Both the position numbers and the translations under genes were made by a program. From assembly GCA_051362555.1 (NCBI GenBank), contig CM120640.1, forward strand, positions 66,194,788 to 66,258,787: DNA of 64,000 nt, read 5' to 3'. Origin of the DNA: Lingula anatina (lineage: Eukaryota; Animalia; Brachiopoda). This document shows positions 40,792 through 52,570 of the stretch, in pieces (the first letter of the stretch is position 1; every line of letters begins with the position of its first letter). Below the pieces are notes generated by a model. That model had not been told where the DNA came from, searched no databases, and was given only the letters and a program-made list of their open reading frames with translations.

Positions 40792-42058
40792 GGGTACGTA
40801 CGGATAAAATTTAGTCCCAAAATATTACACGTCCCTATATTCCCGTTACCGATAGATACATAAAGGGAAAACTGAAAAAACGTCTTTTTAGATTTAAATA
40901 CCGATAGATCCGATTTTTTACCACCGTCCTATAAATTTGCGTTCCTATAGATACGACGTCCTCATAAACCCACGTCCTTTAAATCCGCATACCTATAGAT
41001 CCACGTATTTTTAGATCCAAATACCGATAGATCCATTACAGGTACACTATTGCTCAAAATGGTTGGTATACTACTCAGTACATAAAATGCACTGTTTAAA
41101 ACGAGAGTACACATATTAATCCTTTCAGCAATTTATTATTCTACTATAGATCGTTTTTACGCAATACTCGGGTAATTTACATTAGGCCTACTAATGCATT
41201 ATCTGACAGAAATTTATGATTTCACTAGATGTTTTGTTATTCTCATGTTACATTCATTTAGTTTTGATTACGAAGGCTTCTGACAGGAACCTAAGATTAT
41301 ATATTTTTTTATAGCGATTAATCCAAGAAAACACACACACACACACACCACACCCGTCAATTAAGAACTCGGCAAAAGTTGATGAAATAATGTTAAGAGT
41401 TTTACAAGTAAACTCTTCTTATTTTATACTGTGTATGATTTATTTGGGCATTTCATGAATGATTCTGCCTGATAACTGTCTTGTATAGGCCTACTTGATA
41501 GAAACCATTACTGTATGGTTGACAAACATACCCAAAGTTTGCAGGCAAAAATCGGCTGTATATATATAGAAGTTACTTACATCTTGGACATAATAACGAA
41601 TTTGTGTCGTTTTTATGTCCAAGTAGTTTACATTGATGAAGTTACGTGCGTACATTGCGGAATGGAGTAAATGATAGTAAACGATAGTAAAGACGTGTAG
41701 ACGCGAACGTACATGTAGGCCTATATCTTGTTTGAACACCTAATAAATATATAAATAAATAAATATCAGGTTGTAATTAAGTCATCTCACTGAGTGGGTC
41801 AGTACTCGCATCCAGACTATCTCTCGAAAGCCTCATACCTGTATCTCAAGTTAATATCGGCATTTTAGCCGATTAATTACGATGTCAGATAGATGGATCT
41901 AGCGGTACCTGGATCTAAAGATAGGTTTATAGGAAACTGTTGGTGGATCTATCGGAACGTAAATTTAACGAGACGTAAATCTATTGAGACGTGTACGTAT
42001 AGAGACGTATCTATCGGGACGAATATTTTATTGGGACGTTTATCTATATGGCGGACCC
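40792..42058. mobile_element. Mutator/foldback-like non-autonomous element immediately upstream of the SDR gene
   Basis: Flanking direct repeat (t/c)GCGAGCTC at 40783-40791 and 42059-42067 (9 bp, 1 mismatch). GGG...CCC termini. Both ends are built of inverted short repeats of about 20 bp (CCGATAGATAC/CGTCC-type vs GTATCTATCGG/GGACG). Confidence 0.65.
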
Positions 42059-42167
42059 CGCGAGCTCATTGCGTTGGTTGTGGTAGCCTGGACACATACT
42101 AGTAAATTGGACAGGACTTCCAATCGCAGATTTTGATTTTGTTTATTATGTCAGGAGAAAGAAAGTA

Positions 42168-43443
42168 GGGGAGACCGGGGCTAGTTGGCCCAGTGAGACA
42201 CTTTTGGCCTTGTAGAGCCAACTAGGAGTGGGTTAGAGTAACAAAACCGGTTTCAAAGTACTGTAAGCCCCATGAACTAAGCTACGTATGCAACGTCATT
42301 ATTTTTCAAATATAATGCCAGGTGGCTCACAATTTGACAAAAAACGCAGTTAACGTCAGGGGGGCCAACTTGCCCCGCCATGGGGCAAGTTGGCCCCAGG
42401 GTCGGGGCAAGTTGGCCCCCCTATACGAAAATGAAGTATATATCCCATGTAAACGCCTTGAAATACATTTTTATAATTTTTTAATTTATTTAATTGATTT
42501 TTGAGAATCTTTGATGAATAAACAGTTCAAATGAGGCAGATTTATTGAGGTTTCCGTACGTCACGTTGTTGGGGGGTATGTGTTGCAAGCATCAAAATAT
42601 CTATCAATAAAATGTGTTTTGTTTTATACATAATGGTATAAAGAAGGTTTTTAATGAATGAAAACGAATAATAAAATTTCTTTTTAAAAGAAAGTAACAT
42701 ATTCAGTTTTAAACCATTGAGTTTGTTTCAACAATGGTCTCTAGCTAGGGAGGGGTGGAAAATCCCCTTGGGGCCACATATAACACTATAAATACAAAGG
42801 GAATCCCCTTACAATGAATTAAGGCAAAATAAATGTTTTTCTACGGAAAGTCCAATGGATTTGCTTTTTAATACTTACAATCAACAGAATATTTCTAATA
42901 TAAATTTTCAAAAAGACACCAGAGAGAAAATTTTAAAAAATCAATCAGACGGTAATAGACACCGGCAAGCTTTGTCTATTTCACCAACTTGTTTATTTCA
43001 AACAGCGTTGCGCGCAAAGGTTTGTGGGTAATATGAGGGTCCAACTTGCCCCGAGTAAAGGGGGCCAACTAGCCCCGGGTGCACATTATTTATTTTAAAG
43101 GATGGTAGCCATTTATGGTGCTAGAATGAGCAACGATGATACATCTCTGTGAAACTTGAAACAATGAGCTTCAGTTTGATGCCCTAAACATATCTTATAT
43201 TCGATCAATAGCCTATGAAAATAGATTTTTAAATCTCTTAAACAAAATTACTTTTAGGTGCAAAAATCGTTTATTTCGACTCACCGCTTAAGTAAAACTT
43301 TTTAACGGCCGACACTTCCTTAGCATTGTAGGCTACGGTCACTTTACAAGAGTATGTGGCCAATTTTTTTACCTCGTAGTTACTTTTTCATAAATTGACG
43401 GGGGGCCAACTTACCCCGGGGTCCAACTAGCCCCGGTCTCCCC
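42168..43443. mobile_element. TA-TSD MITE (Tc1/mariner-pogo type)
   Basis: Perfect 21-bp TIR: ta|GGGGAGACCGGGGCTAGTTGG ... CCAACTAGCCCCGGTCTCCCC|ta. Internal reiterated GGGGCCAACTTGCCCC motifs. Confidence 0.85.
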
Positions 43444-43680
43444 TATCAATATTCATCAACCAACCATAGTGATACATGAGAGAAGCTCGTGAGTGAAATG
43501 TACAGATACTGTTTTGTGGTATATTTTCTTTTGTATTTTAATAAAATGTTTTGAAGATGAAAACATCCAAAGACGAACTGATCATTTATCCTAGACTTAG
43601 AGAAGGAAAAAAATGAAAACGTCAGAAATTGCCTTAGTAGCTTTTTTTAAAGAATAGACCTAACGTTAACTTAAGGTCAA

Positions 43681-43684
<4 letters not shown>

Positions 43685-43752
<68 letters not shown>
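43685..43752. repeat. (TA)n microsatellite
   Basis: Pure TA run. Confidence 0.95.
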
Positions 43753-43756
<4 letters not shown>

Positions 43757-43936
43757 ACGGAAATCTCGCCCATAAAATTTGGGTACGTTTTTATTATTTA
43801 AGCCATCCCAAGCGAACAAAAATGTTATAATGTTTTCTTGGTAAAATCAGTCCCCTAAAGAAAAATATATTAATATAATTTAGCAGATAAACAAATAAAT
43901 AAAACAAAAGGTCCAGTTTTTTATTAGTCATTTTTT

Positions 43937-44189
43937 TTATCTTGTATTATCTTGCGCCATCCGCAGATAAAGTGGCAGCAGTTATGAACGAGGAGTCGTC
44001 GTAAGCCAGAAAACATGCATTTGGCCACTTCATCCACTGTCCCAGGTCGTCCCAAGGCAAAGGTGGTTTTGCAATGCTTTTCAAATTGTGAGAAATAAGG
44101 CATCATATGTATGGTATGCCCAGGGCAGCACATCTGGTGTATTGGTTTAATGCAGCCTTGGACATACAATAAGACGTGACATGAGGAAA
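43937..44189 (-). pseudogene. Decayed partial duplicate of the SDR gene (exon 6 + exon 9 homologs)
   Basis: 44189-44120 matches SDR exon 6 (FPHVTSYCMSKAALNQYTRCAAL). About 44085-43937 matches exon 9 ([14 protein letters not shown]), with a frameshift. The two are separated by only about 35 nt, and the donor and acceptor are degraded. Confidence 0.85.
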
Positions 44190-45812
44190 CTGATTTCATG
44201 ACAAAGTTTACAAGCTCTCTTTTACAGGTTAGATATGCCATTTTGGGGTGAACCTGGACATATTGCAACAGAATTATCTTTTTCACTATACATTTTATTG
44301 AGGTCCCCAAAGTACTACAGGAAAAGTTACGCAAAATCCCTGCATGGGAAAAAATTAAAAATCAAAAATGGCCCACAATTACCATAGGTAATTCTCAATG
44401 TATTGGGGATTTTTTAAAAACTTTTTTTCACTTCTTGTAAAATACAGTATCATTCAAAACCTCTTATTTACATGAAACAAGTATTTAAACCATAGATAAC
44501 GTCTTATATAGGAGTCAAATTAACTCCATGAGGGTCAAGGGGTGCTGGACTCTGACAAGAGAGTCAAATGACTCCCATTTTATTCTCAGTGCACGGAAAG
44601 GTCCGCACAGTATTATAGAGTTATGCCCAGACTGATGTACCTTCACAGGCCACTCCCAATGTATCGAAACCTTACCGCGTACAGGACTGACGGCCCCTCC
44701 AGATATGCTGCTGCAACTAAAGAAAAAAACACCCAGTCCTTTCAGAATGAGGCGCAAATTGCCACCAGAACGCGTTTTTCAAGGCCCTTAATCAACACCA
44801 AACTGGTTTTACCAGGTTAGAATACTAGACGACCTCTAAGAAAGCCACTGTAAACAGCAAAACATCGTCGCCTGTTTCTCTAATGAATTGGGGATCATGA
44901 CCGTTTCTGGGTAGAACAGTGAAACAGCATGGCTTTCTTTATTGATATTGAAGCACGGTTTTAATCCTTATGTTCATTTATCAGTCAGTAACATAGGAAA
45001 AAACTGATGAAAAATGATTTCGAAAAATAATATATCATATTAAATGTCAAGTCTGTAATAAACTTGTGAGGTAAGTCCAAATGAATCTTTCTTATTTCAT
45101 TTCATTTATTTATCTATTTTACAACTTTGTTGAAAAGATTTCTCCTAGCTGTGTGATAGAATAAGGGATGTACACGTACATGTAATATCAGACTAAAGCC
45201 AAGTATTTTTTAGCAAGAATTTTTTAACGTACTTCATTCTTGCTCCAGATAAGAGCTAGTTTGCATTTGTTTGTTTAAAAGTTGTTCTTAGCATTCTCTT
45301 TCTTGTTTTTGTGTTGTTAGAAGCGAGAAGATCAATCTAATGTGGATTATTTTACATAAACTAATCATGGGTTATTTTCTTTTCTTGGAAATACTTAGCA
45401 TCATCATTGTTGAAACTTGAAACTTTTTGTCTGAGACGAGCACCTGTGCTTGTGTGTATAAAATTTCCATAATTATAATGGTCTCACAAAGCTTTTATTC
45501 TTCTAGATCTCTGTTACAATTAACGTCAGCAATATAAATTATATAAGCAGTAAGGCGCTTTTTGAGAAGAATAAATTCTGTGAAATAACACCATGACGGC
45601 ATTATGTAGCGCATAATAATTTCCCCTAGCAAAGCCAAAATGACGGTTTGACAAGATTGCTAGACGACACCTAAGACGTACAGTAAATAATGAAGACGTT
45701 GTATGGACGTACATATAAGCATGATGGTTTCAAATTTAGTTTAGTTGCTTCTTGTACATGTGTGAACACCTGGGGTTAGCTGAGGCACAGAGGTAAGCAG
45801 GACAGGTTTAAT

Positions 45813-46832
45813 ATGAATGAGACTGAGCCGACGGTAGATTTATCAAACATCAGTTCAAATAATACTGGAGTAGAGGTCGGATTGGATGAAAATGTAGATT
45901 CCAAAGTGCTTGTTAATTTTGTTGGTGGAGTTTTGGCTTTCTTCATAGCTTTGGTTGGTCTCATTCTGAACACGACATCTTTTGTCGTGTATCGAAATTT
46001 TAAGGTCAAAAATTCATCGACTTTTTTGCTCAGTTGCTTGGCAGTTGCTGATAATTTGTATCTCCTTTCGCATACTTTTCTTGGCAGCATCCCGTCCATA
46101 TTCTCCTACATTGAGCTAATACCAGGGACCCTTCCCTTTATTGCCAAACATTCACGAGTGATTTGGTCGCTCAACAACTGGCTGGTTCTTATACCGATTT
46201 GGATGTGCGTTCTTGTTACCGTCGACCGCTACCGTCTGATTTGCTCGTCAGTTTCAGAGCTCATGAATACCCCGCCATTGAAGTTGTGGGTGGGGTGGGT
46301 AGTAGTCGTCGTTATTGGCTCTTTCATTAGCGTAATACCGAAGTATTTCTTCGTTGTTTCAGTTGGATTTCAGTCGTGTTCGTTGAACAAGACCTATCCA
46401 TTTTGCTTGAAACCACCCGTTGTCCGTTTTCCCGAGCATAAGTTCTACTGGCTTGCTTTTCACTTTCTTTTTTATTTTTTTTACCCTTTTTTAATCATAA
46501 CGAAATGCAATGTGCGAATAATACGCAAACTGCGTGAAATATCTAAACGCCGTGAAGGGCTTTCCGTGCAAAAATTATCCATTCACAAAGAAATGACAAA
46601 AATTGCTATTTTGATCGCCATCTCTTCACTGGTAATCAATCTAGTGTATTGTTGTTCTTTAATTATTGGGTTCTATCCTGATATATTGCCACAGAATGTT
46701 GTACAGAACATGCTGTTTTATTTCCAATTGCTTAGTCTCTTAGGAGCGCTAAACTCTTCTGTGAATTTTTTCATTTATGGATTGTTCGGTAGAACGTTTC
46801 GATGCACTCTAAAATCAATGTGTTGCTGCTGA
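45813..46832 (+). CDS. Intronless class A (rhodopsin-like) GPCR, peptide-receptor-like (FMRFamide/sex-peptide receptor-like expansion), 339 aa
   Basis: Seven hydrophobic segments and N-terminal N-glycosylation sequons. TM1 GLILN, TM2 LAVADNLYL, TM3 TVDRY, TM7 NSSVNFFIY, helix 8 FR and a C-terminal CCC. Confidence 0.88.
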   Translation: MNETEPTVDLSNISSNNTGVEVGLDENVDSKVLVNFVGGVLAFFIALVGLILNTTSFVVYRNFKVKNSSTFLLSCLAVADNLYLLSHTFLGSIPSIFSYIELIPGTLPFIAKHSRVIWSLNNWLVLIPIWMCVLVTVDRYRLICSSVSELMNTPPLKLWVGWVVVVVIGSFISVIPKYFFVVSVGFQSCSLNKTYPFCLKPPVVRFPEHKFYWLAFHFLFYFFYPFLIITKCNVRIIRKLREISKRREGLSVQKLSIHKEMTKIAILIAISSLVINLVYCCSLIIGFYPDILPQNVVQNMLFYFQLLSLLGALNSSVNFFIYGLFGRTFRCTLKSMCCC

Positions 46833-48957
46833 TGCATACTCCCAGCTGAGACAAACACTCTTAATTTGAGCTAAAAGTTTAAAGACGCTTTCTGATGAAT
46901 GCCTTAATCAAGAGAAAGGCAGATGCGAATTAACGCACCAATATTGAAAATAGGACATAACCCTACTAATTTTTAAATCTTTATACAGGAAATTGAAGTG
47001 AAAGAAAGCGAGTCATTTGAATTAAATTGAAAATACGCAAAATGTAGACCCTAATTTGAATATTTCAATAACTGTTAACGACCACATTATACAGTAAAAA
47101 ATAAAACATTGAGCAAGAAAACTTTGAATCTGAAGTCGTAACAATAGTTGTTTGTCTGGCGGAACGAAATTCAAAGATTGAATTTGGGCAACTTCTTTGA
47201 ATACAATTTTGAAGTGGGCACTGAACTTCAAAGAAAACAAAAAAGAAAAAAAAGAGGACGCGAAATCCGTTTTCATGAGGCCTTTGTACAGTTACAGTGT
47301 AGATTTTGCTCGCTGTTAGTATTATGACATCGCACAACGCTACTCGCATTAAAAATGCGGCAATGAACGGCTATTTTACTATTGAAAATTCATGTTTATT
47401 ATCCTTAAAGAAAGAAGATCGTTCATTTTAATTTAATTAAACAAGTATTATAATTATGATGATCATCGATCTGCTTCCTAATGAGATATATTGTTCACAA
47501 TAAATATTGTGTATGAGAACTCTTGTTTATTTCAGTTAGTATAAATATAGAATACACATTATTTAGTGAATAATATATTTGTGAAGTACGCTGACAGTCG
47601 GAACCAAAGGTGTACTAAGATGCATTATTTGTCTGTAATTAGAAACGATGGATAAAGAACTAGATGTCGGTGTTTTATTAGGTTTAGTGTTTCAATCGTT
47701 ATTATTATATATATTTTGATGAAGTTTATATTTGCATACATATCATAGTTGCAATAAATATATATTATGACGTTTATAAAATGAATTTTAACGTTGATGA
47801 TAGAATATTGCGATATTTTAAAAATATTTACACAAACAAGTAGTTAAGTTTACTTAGAGTAGTTTAATATTTAATCTTTAGCTATAATGGATTTAATTGT
47901 GTTATTTTTATTTGGTAAATATATTTGATCAAACGTATAAATGTAAATCGCTCAATATTAATAAAATGCGTAAGCTCTTAGATAAAAATTAGCTTATGTT
48001 GTTGGATGAATAAAAGAGAGAAATGAGAGGCGCAAGCCAGTAATTTATGATCTTTTGATGGAGATTACAAATGACGCTCTTTTATGAGTGTTTCAGAAAG
48101 TATTTTTGAACTAGGAATTTTTATTGAGCACTACATAATATAATGTACAAAATCAAGTGGCTTAAACTTTTCAGAGCCAAAGATGATAGCATGCATTACA
48201 TTGAATTATACATGATATACCAGTATCGTAAGTTTGGTGCATTTTTATCCACCAGACGTGAGCCATACTTTTGGTGCATAATTGTTGTAATGTGGAGATA
48301 TTCATTTAATCATTGTAACGTTTTGTGAAGTTGGTGTCAGTGAAAATAGCACCAACAAAGTTTATTCTAGAAAAAAGGAACGTAATTATACATAGACTAA
48401 GATATGAGAAAAGACACTTGTTACAGCGCCATGGGCCTAACTGAACTGTAATGTACAGAAGAGAATTTATTCATTCAAGCACCAGGGATATGTGCCCAGC
48501 TAGAAGGACCTATACTGAATCGTTCTGTTGATGCTGTGACACCACAGAACGCTTAAGACTGCAGTGGTCTCGATATACCGTAACAGATACAGACACTTTC
48601 TATTGAAGTGCCCTTTTTATACACGGTATGTGACTTATGTGGTTGATATTTTTATCTTCCCTATTGAAACCTTGAGCCACCTTCAAACATCTGCCATCCC
48701 TATTTTACCAAGTCCCCGTGGTAACGGGCACAGATATAAACATGATCGTGCCTGGTGACCGTCATAACTGTTCTGACGTTTGTTGGTGACAGACCACAGC
48801 TGCCTTCAAGGCAGTGACGGTTCAAGAAACAAATCGCCTTCCGAGGAAATGATGGCGTGACACAAATTTGGTGCGCGTGTCTACATATGTAGGGTGACAC
48901 TCAGTTCCAGTGACAGACTTTAATGTCGACATCTGATAGAAGATGTCTACATTTGAC

Positions 48958-48983
48958 CAAGGAGTTAGGCCTATAACTCCTTG
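48958..48983. mobile_element. Mini-palindromic insertion with 7-bp TSD (putative P-superfamily excision footprint)
   Basis: ATTTGAC|CAAGGAGTTAggcctaTAACTCCTTG|ATTTGAC. Confidence 0.6.
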
Positions 48984-49863
48984 ATTTGACCAAGTGCGGC
49001 AGATGTAAGTAACTCTGCTTTCAACCCATGGATAAGAACAACCAAATGTTATTAATTTCACGTGGACAGAAAAGTGGCGTCATGCAAAGACGTTCGTTGC
49101 CACGTTTAAAAAAAACGTTGGAAAAAGAGGACAAATGGATGGGCCAATAAAGCGGCGCCACGTCACACATGGCTGAACGCATGGCCCCACGATATAGCAC
49201 TTTCAGTCTTAGAAGATCTTTGGAGATTTGGACGATCACAACAGCCAATTGGACTTATAGTTATAAAAAAGCGGCAATAAACTGACACAAATAAAATATC
49301 AAATGGTTGCAGATATGGTGATACCAAATCTTGGCATTTTTTATTTAATACATAGGGCCTATGTAGAACATCAGGTGAATATCCCACGATTCAGACTGAA
49401 GGCCAAATTAATGGTCTACAGGAAATATAAAGAAACTTAGAAAAATATGTTAGATGTAATTTGAAGCCGACATAAAGGTCAATCTATGCTCAGTTCATAG
49501 CCGAAGTACTACCACTACTTGTTAAAACCGGTCGGTTTGTTGACAAGATCTTGGAAGATGACTTTGCATGCTTTGAAATGAACAAAAAGTTAAAGGCGAG
49601 TATCATTCCCTTTTTTTTTTTTTGCTAAATTTATTATTAAAAATGGTATGAAATGGGGAAATGATCAACAGGAAGCTATTGTATAACAAATGGTTTTTGG
49701 GTGGGTAATTATTGTTTAGTCAATTATTGTGATATTATTTCTTTTAAGTCTGTACTTATTTTAAATTATATATATATAATTGTTGGTTTGAATTATTGTT
49801 GATTTGGAATGTTATATTTTAAATATATATTGTTAATTGAATAATGTAATCGTGAAGTATGCT

Positions 49864-49865
<2 letters not shown>

Positions 49866-49901
<36 letters not shown>
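49866..49901. repeat. (CA)n microsatellite
   Basis: Pure CA run. Confidence 0.95.
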
Positions 49902-49903
<2 letters not shown>

Positions 49904-51642
49904 ATAGTAATATGTTACGAAGGTTAAGATAGTTTTAGGTATTTTTTGTATAAGTTTTGTATTCAGGCAAAGATACCTAGGTTCACTTTACACTTCACCA
50001 TTACTGTTAACCAGAGGTCACGCCAGAGACCTGGTCAGTGTTTCACAAAAAAACTTCGGTCAGGTTCCCTGGTTAAAAACTTAATTACCAACGTTACATT
50101 GTCACATGCGTACCTGTACGTCTTACCTATTACGAACAGTTTGACAGCACTCTCATGGAAATCCTAGCCAACTTAGACAGAGAACAGACTTCAGTTGTTT
50201 TGTGAAACTGGGGCGTGTTCCGTTGTTGCGGAAAAACCTTCATCTGGCAGAGAAGAAACGTGCACAGCCAGTGAATAATCAGATAAATATAAGTGAATAT
50301 TTACTGAAAAAACCCTATGTGGCCCTGGTAGAGGGTTGGGCCAGTGTATGTCGATATAGAAAGAGAACAAAAGAAGAGAGCGTGTAATTGTTTATAGAGA
50401 ATTGCCAATCAGAAACTGTGTGATTTTTCTGTCCATATTTTGGAACATTGGGCAGCGCCAAGAGCCTTAGTTTTAGTTAGTTAGTTAATGATGGTTTATT
50501 CAAGCGAGATTACTAGCAGACAGGTTAATTATGATATCACCCACGTACGGATATTGTAACCGAGATAAGCTGCTATCAGCCTGAGGCAAATCAACAGTAG
50601 CTGTTGCAAAACTGCACGGACTTAAGCCGAGTTAAGTAACATTTAGATAGGTATCTTGCAGAAAACTACAATTAAGAGAATTAATTGTATTTATGTAGCA
50701 AATGGTTTGTTTTAGTGGTGCTATTAACTTTTTGGTAATACATCAACGTTTTGTTTGGGTCTTGTGTCTGCACGTTTTGACCTTAAGTAGTTAACCAAGA
50801 CAAGGTGTTAACAGATGTCCAGGGTTAAGGAATGTCTTAGCTGCTGTGTATCAAGGCACACACAAGTATATTCTATGAAAGATGTTTTGGAGATTAATTC
50901 CATCGAGCTGCATTCAGTGAGAAGTCATTCAGCTTTGTAGCTGCGGATATATTTACCCGCAGTTTTAGCAGCTACACTGTATTATTACTTACGTTTCTTT
51001 ATTGTTATTTGTACACTGGTTACCAGTCATCACTTTTGTGGTTCAAGATTTGGGGATGACTATTTGTTACTTGGTGACTATTTTCTTTGGATTATTCAGT
51101 TTTCCCCAGCCACCAGTTTTGGTTTTCAAGATTCAGCGACGGCTGTTGACGGTTATTTGTTACTTGGTGACTTTATTTTATTTGGACAATATTCACTTTT
51201 CTCCAGTCACCAGTATTAGATATTCAAGTTTCGGCGACGGCTGTTTCCTTTTACGGGATGACTTCAAGTTTTGGATCACACACAGGCTAGTATTTGTTTT
51301 CATTCCCCCCCCCTTTTTTCACGTGTTCTTATCAATACATTTATAATTGTTGTGTTATGCAACTACAGTTGTTACCTATTTTGTTTAGGTGTCACTCATC
51401 ATGTTATTTTTGATTTTTTTTTTTTCTTTTGTGTGCATCTATTTTATTTATGTTTATATTCCTATCGGGCCAGGTGTTTTTGCAGTTTTCATATTTCCTA
51501 TTTCCTGGCTGTCATTGACATGCCGTAATCTATTTATATCCTATTTCCGATTGTCTCCGTGTCCGCATTACCAGGTGGAGTATTATTAGGGGTTTCTGGT
51601 CGACTAGGCGATATGCATTTTTGGAGTTTTTATGCTCTTTGT

Positions 51643-52570
51643 TCTGGGTGTACTTCCCAGGTTTTTAACTGTTTGCCTAGTAGTGAGAACCCTGTAGTGG
51701 TATCTGGTATACTAGGTTCTGGGTGTATTTCCCAGGTTTTTTAACTGTTTGCCTAGTAGTGAGAGCCCTTTGTGGTATCTGGTATACTAGGTTCTGGGTG
51801 TATTCCCAGGTTTTTAACTGTTTGCCTAGTAGTGAGAGCCCTTTGGTGGTATCTGGTATACTAGGTTCTGGGTGTATTTCCCAGGTTTTTAACTGTTACC
51901 CCATTCACACTACAGTTGCCAAAATGCGCATTTCTATAATTCGGATTTTTCGTAAGGAATCCGATTCGGTATTGCGTTCACACTCGCTAAGCGAATCCGA
52001 ATCCCATGTTGAAAATTTCAGGTTTAACTTCCTGTTTTGAACACTCGCGCATGCGCCGCACAGGAAATCTTAAAATACCAACAAAAATTTGTGATGACAA
52101 ATGCAACTCAGAAGACATTCCAGCATTCTTGAGAAGTATAAGGTGGCAAAATAAGTTTGTTTCCTCATGTTGTAGTGAGTGGTGACCTCCAAATACGTTT
52201 GGTGCAATCGCTAAAGTAATAAACAAGCGTTCATAGATATCCGCACTTATCAGCACACATGCGCAGTAAGATCTGTACAGGTGTCGATTCCGGTAAGTTA
52301 TCCGGATCGCGCTTAGAAATCCACCTCGCTTGCAGGATTTTGAAAATGCGCATTACAAAAATCCTCTTGCGTTCACACTACTGCATTTATTCGAATTGTG
52401 ACCTAATTCGCAATTTATCCGGATAACTGAGCATAGTGTGAACGGGGTATGTTTGCCTAGTAGTGAGAGCCCTTTGGTGGTATCTGGTATACTAGGTTCT
52501 GGGTGTATTCCCAGGTTTTTAACTGTTTGCCTAGTAGTGAGAGCCCTTTGGTGGTATCTGGTATACTAGG
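51643..52570 (+). repeat. Tandem repeat (about 75-bp unit) in the DIRS 5' region
   Basis: About 5 units of TTCTGGGTGTATTCCCAGGTTTTTAACTGTTTGCCTAGTAGTGAGAGCCCTTTGGTGGTATCTGGTATACTAGG, split by a MITE. Confidence 0.85.
51897..52449. mobile_element. MITE with 3-bp TSD (PIF/Harbinger-like)
   Basis: TIR TACCCCATTCACACTA / TAGTGTGAACGGGGTA. TSD TGT. The empty site (aactgtttgcc) is seen in neighbouring repeat units. Confidence 0.85.

Noticed and set aside
48540-49600. GC-elevated stretch that looks like decayed coding sequence
   Set aside because: Stops occur in all frames tried and no family motif could be recognised. It needs tBLASTx.
50030-50215. Possible Harbinger MITE (GTTTCACAAAA ... TTTTGTGAAAC)
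   Set aside because: Only an 11-bp inverted match with degenerate outer termini and no TSD, too weak to delimit.
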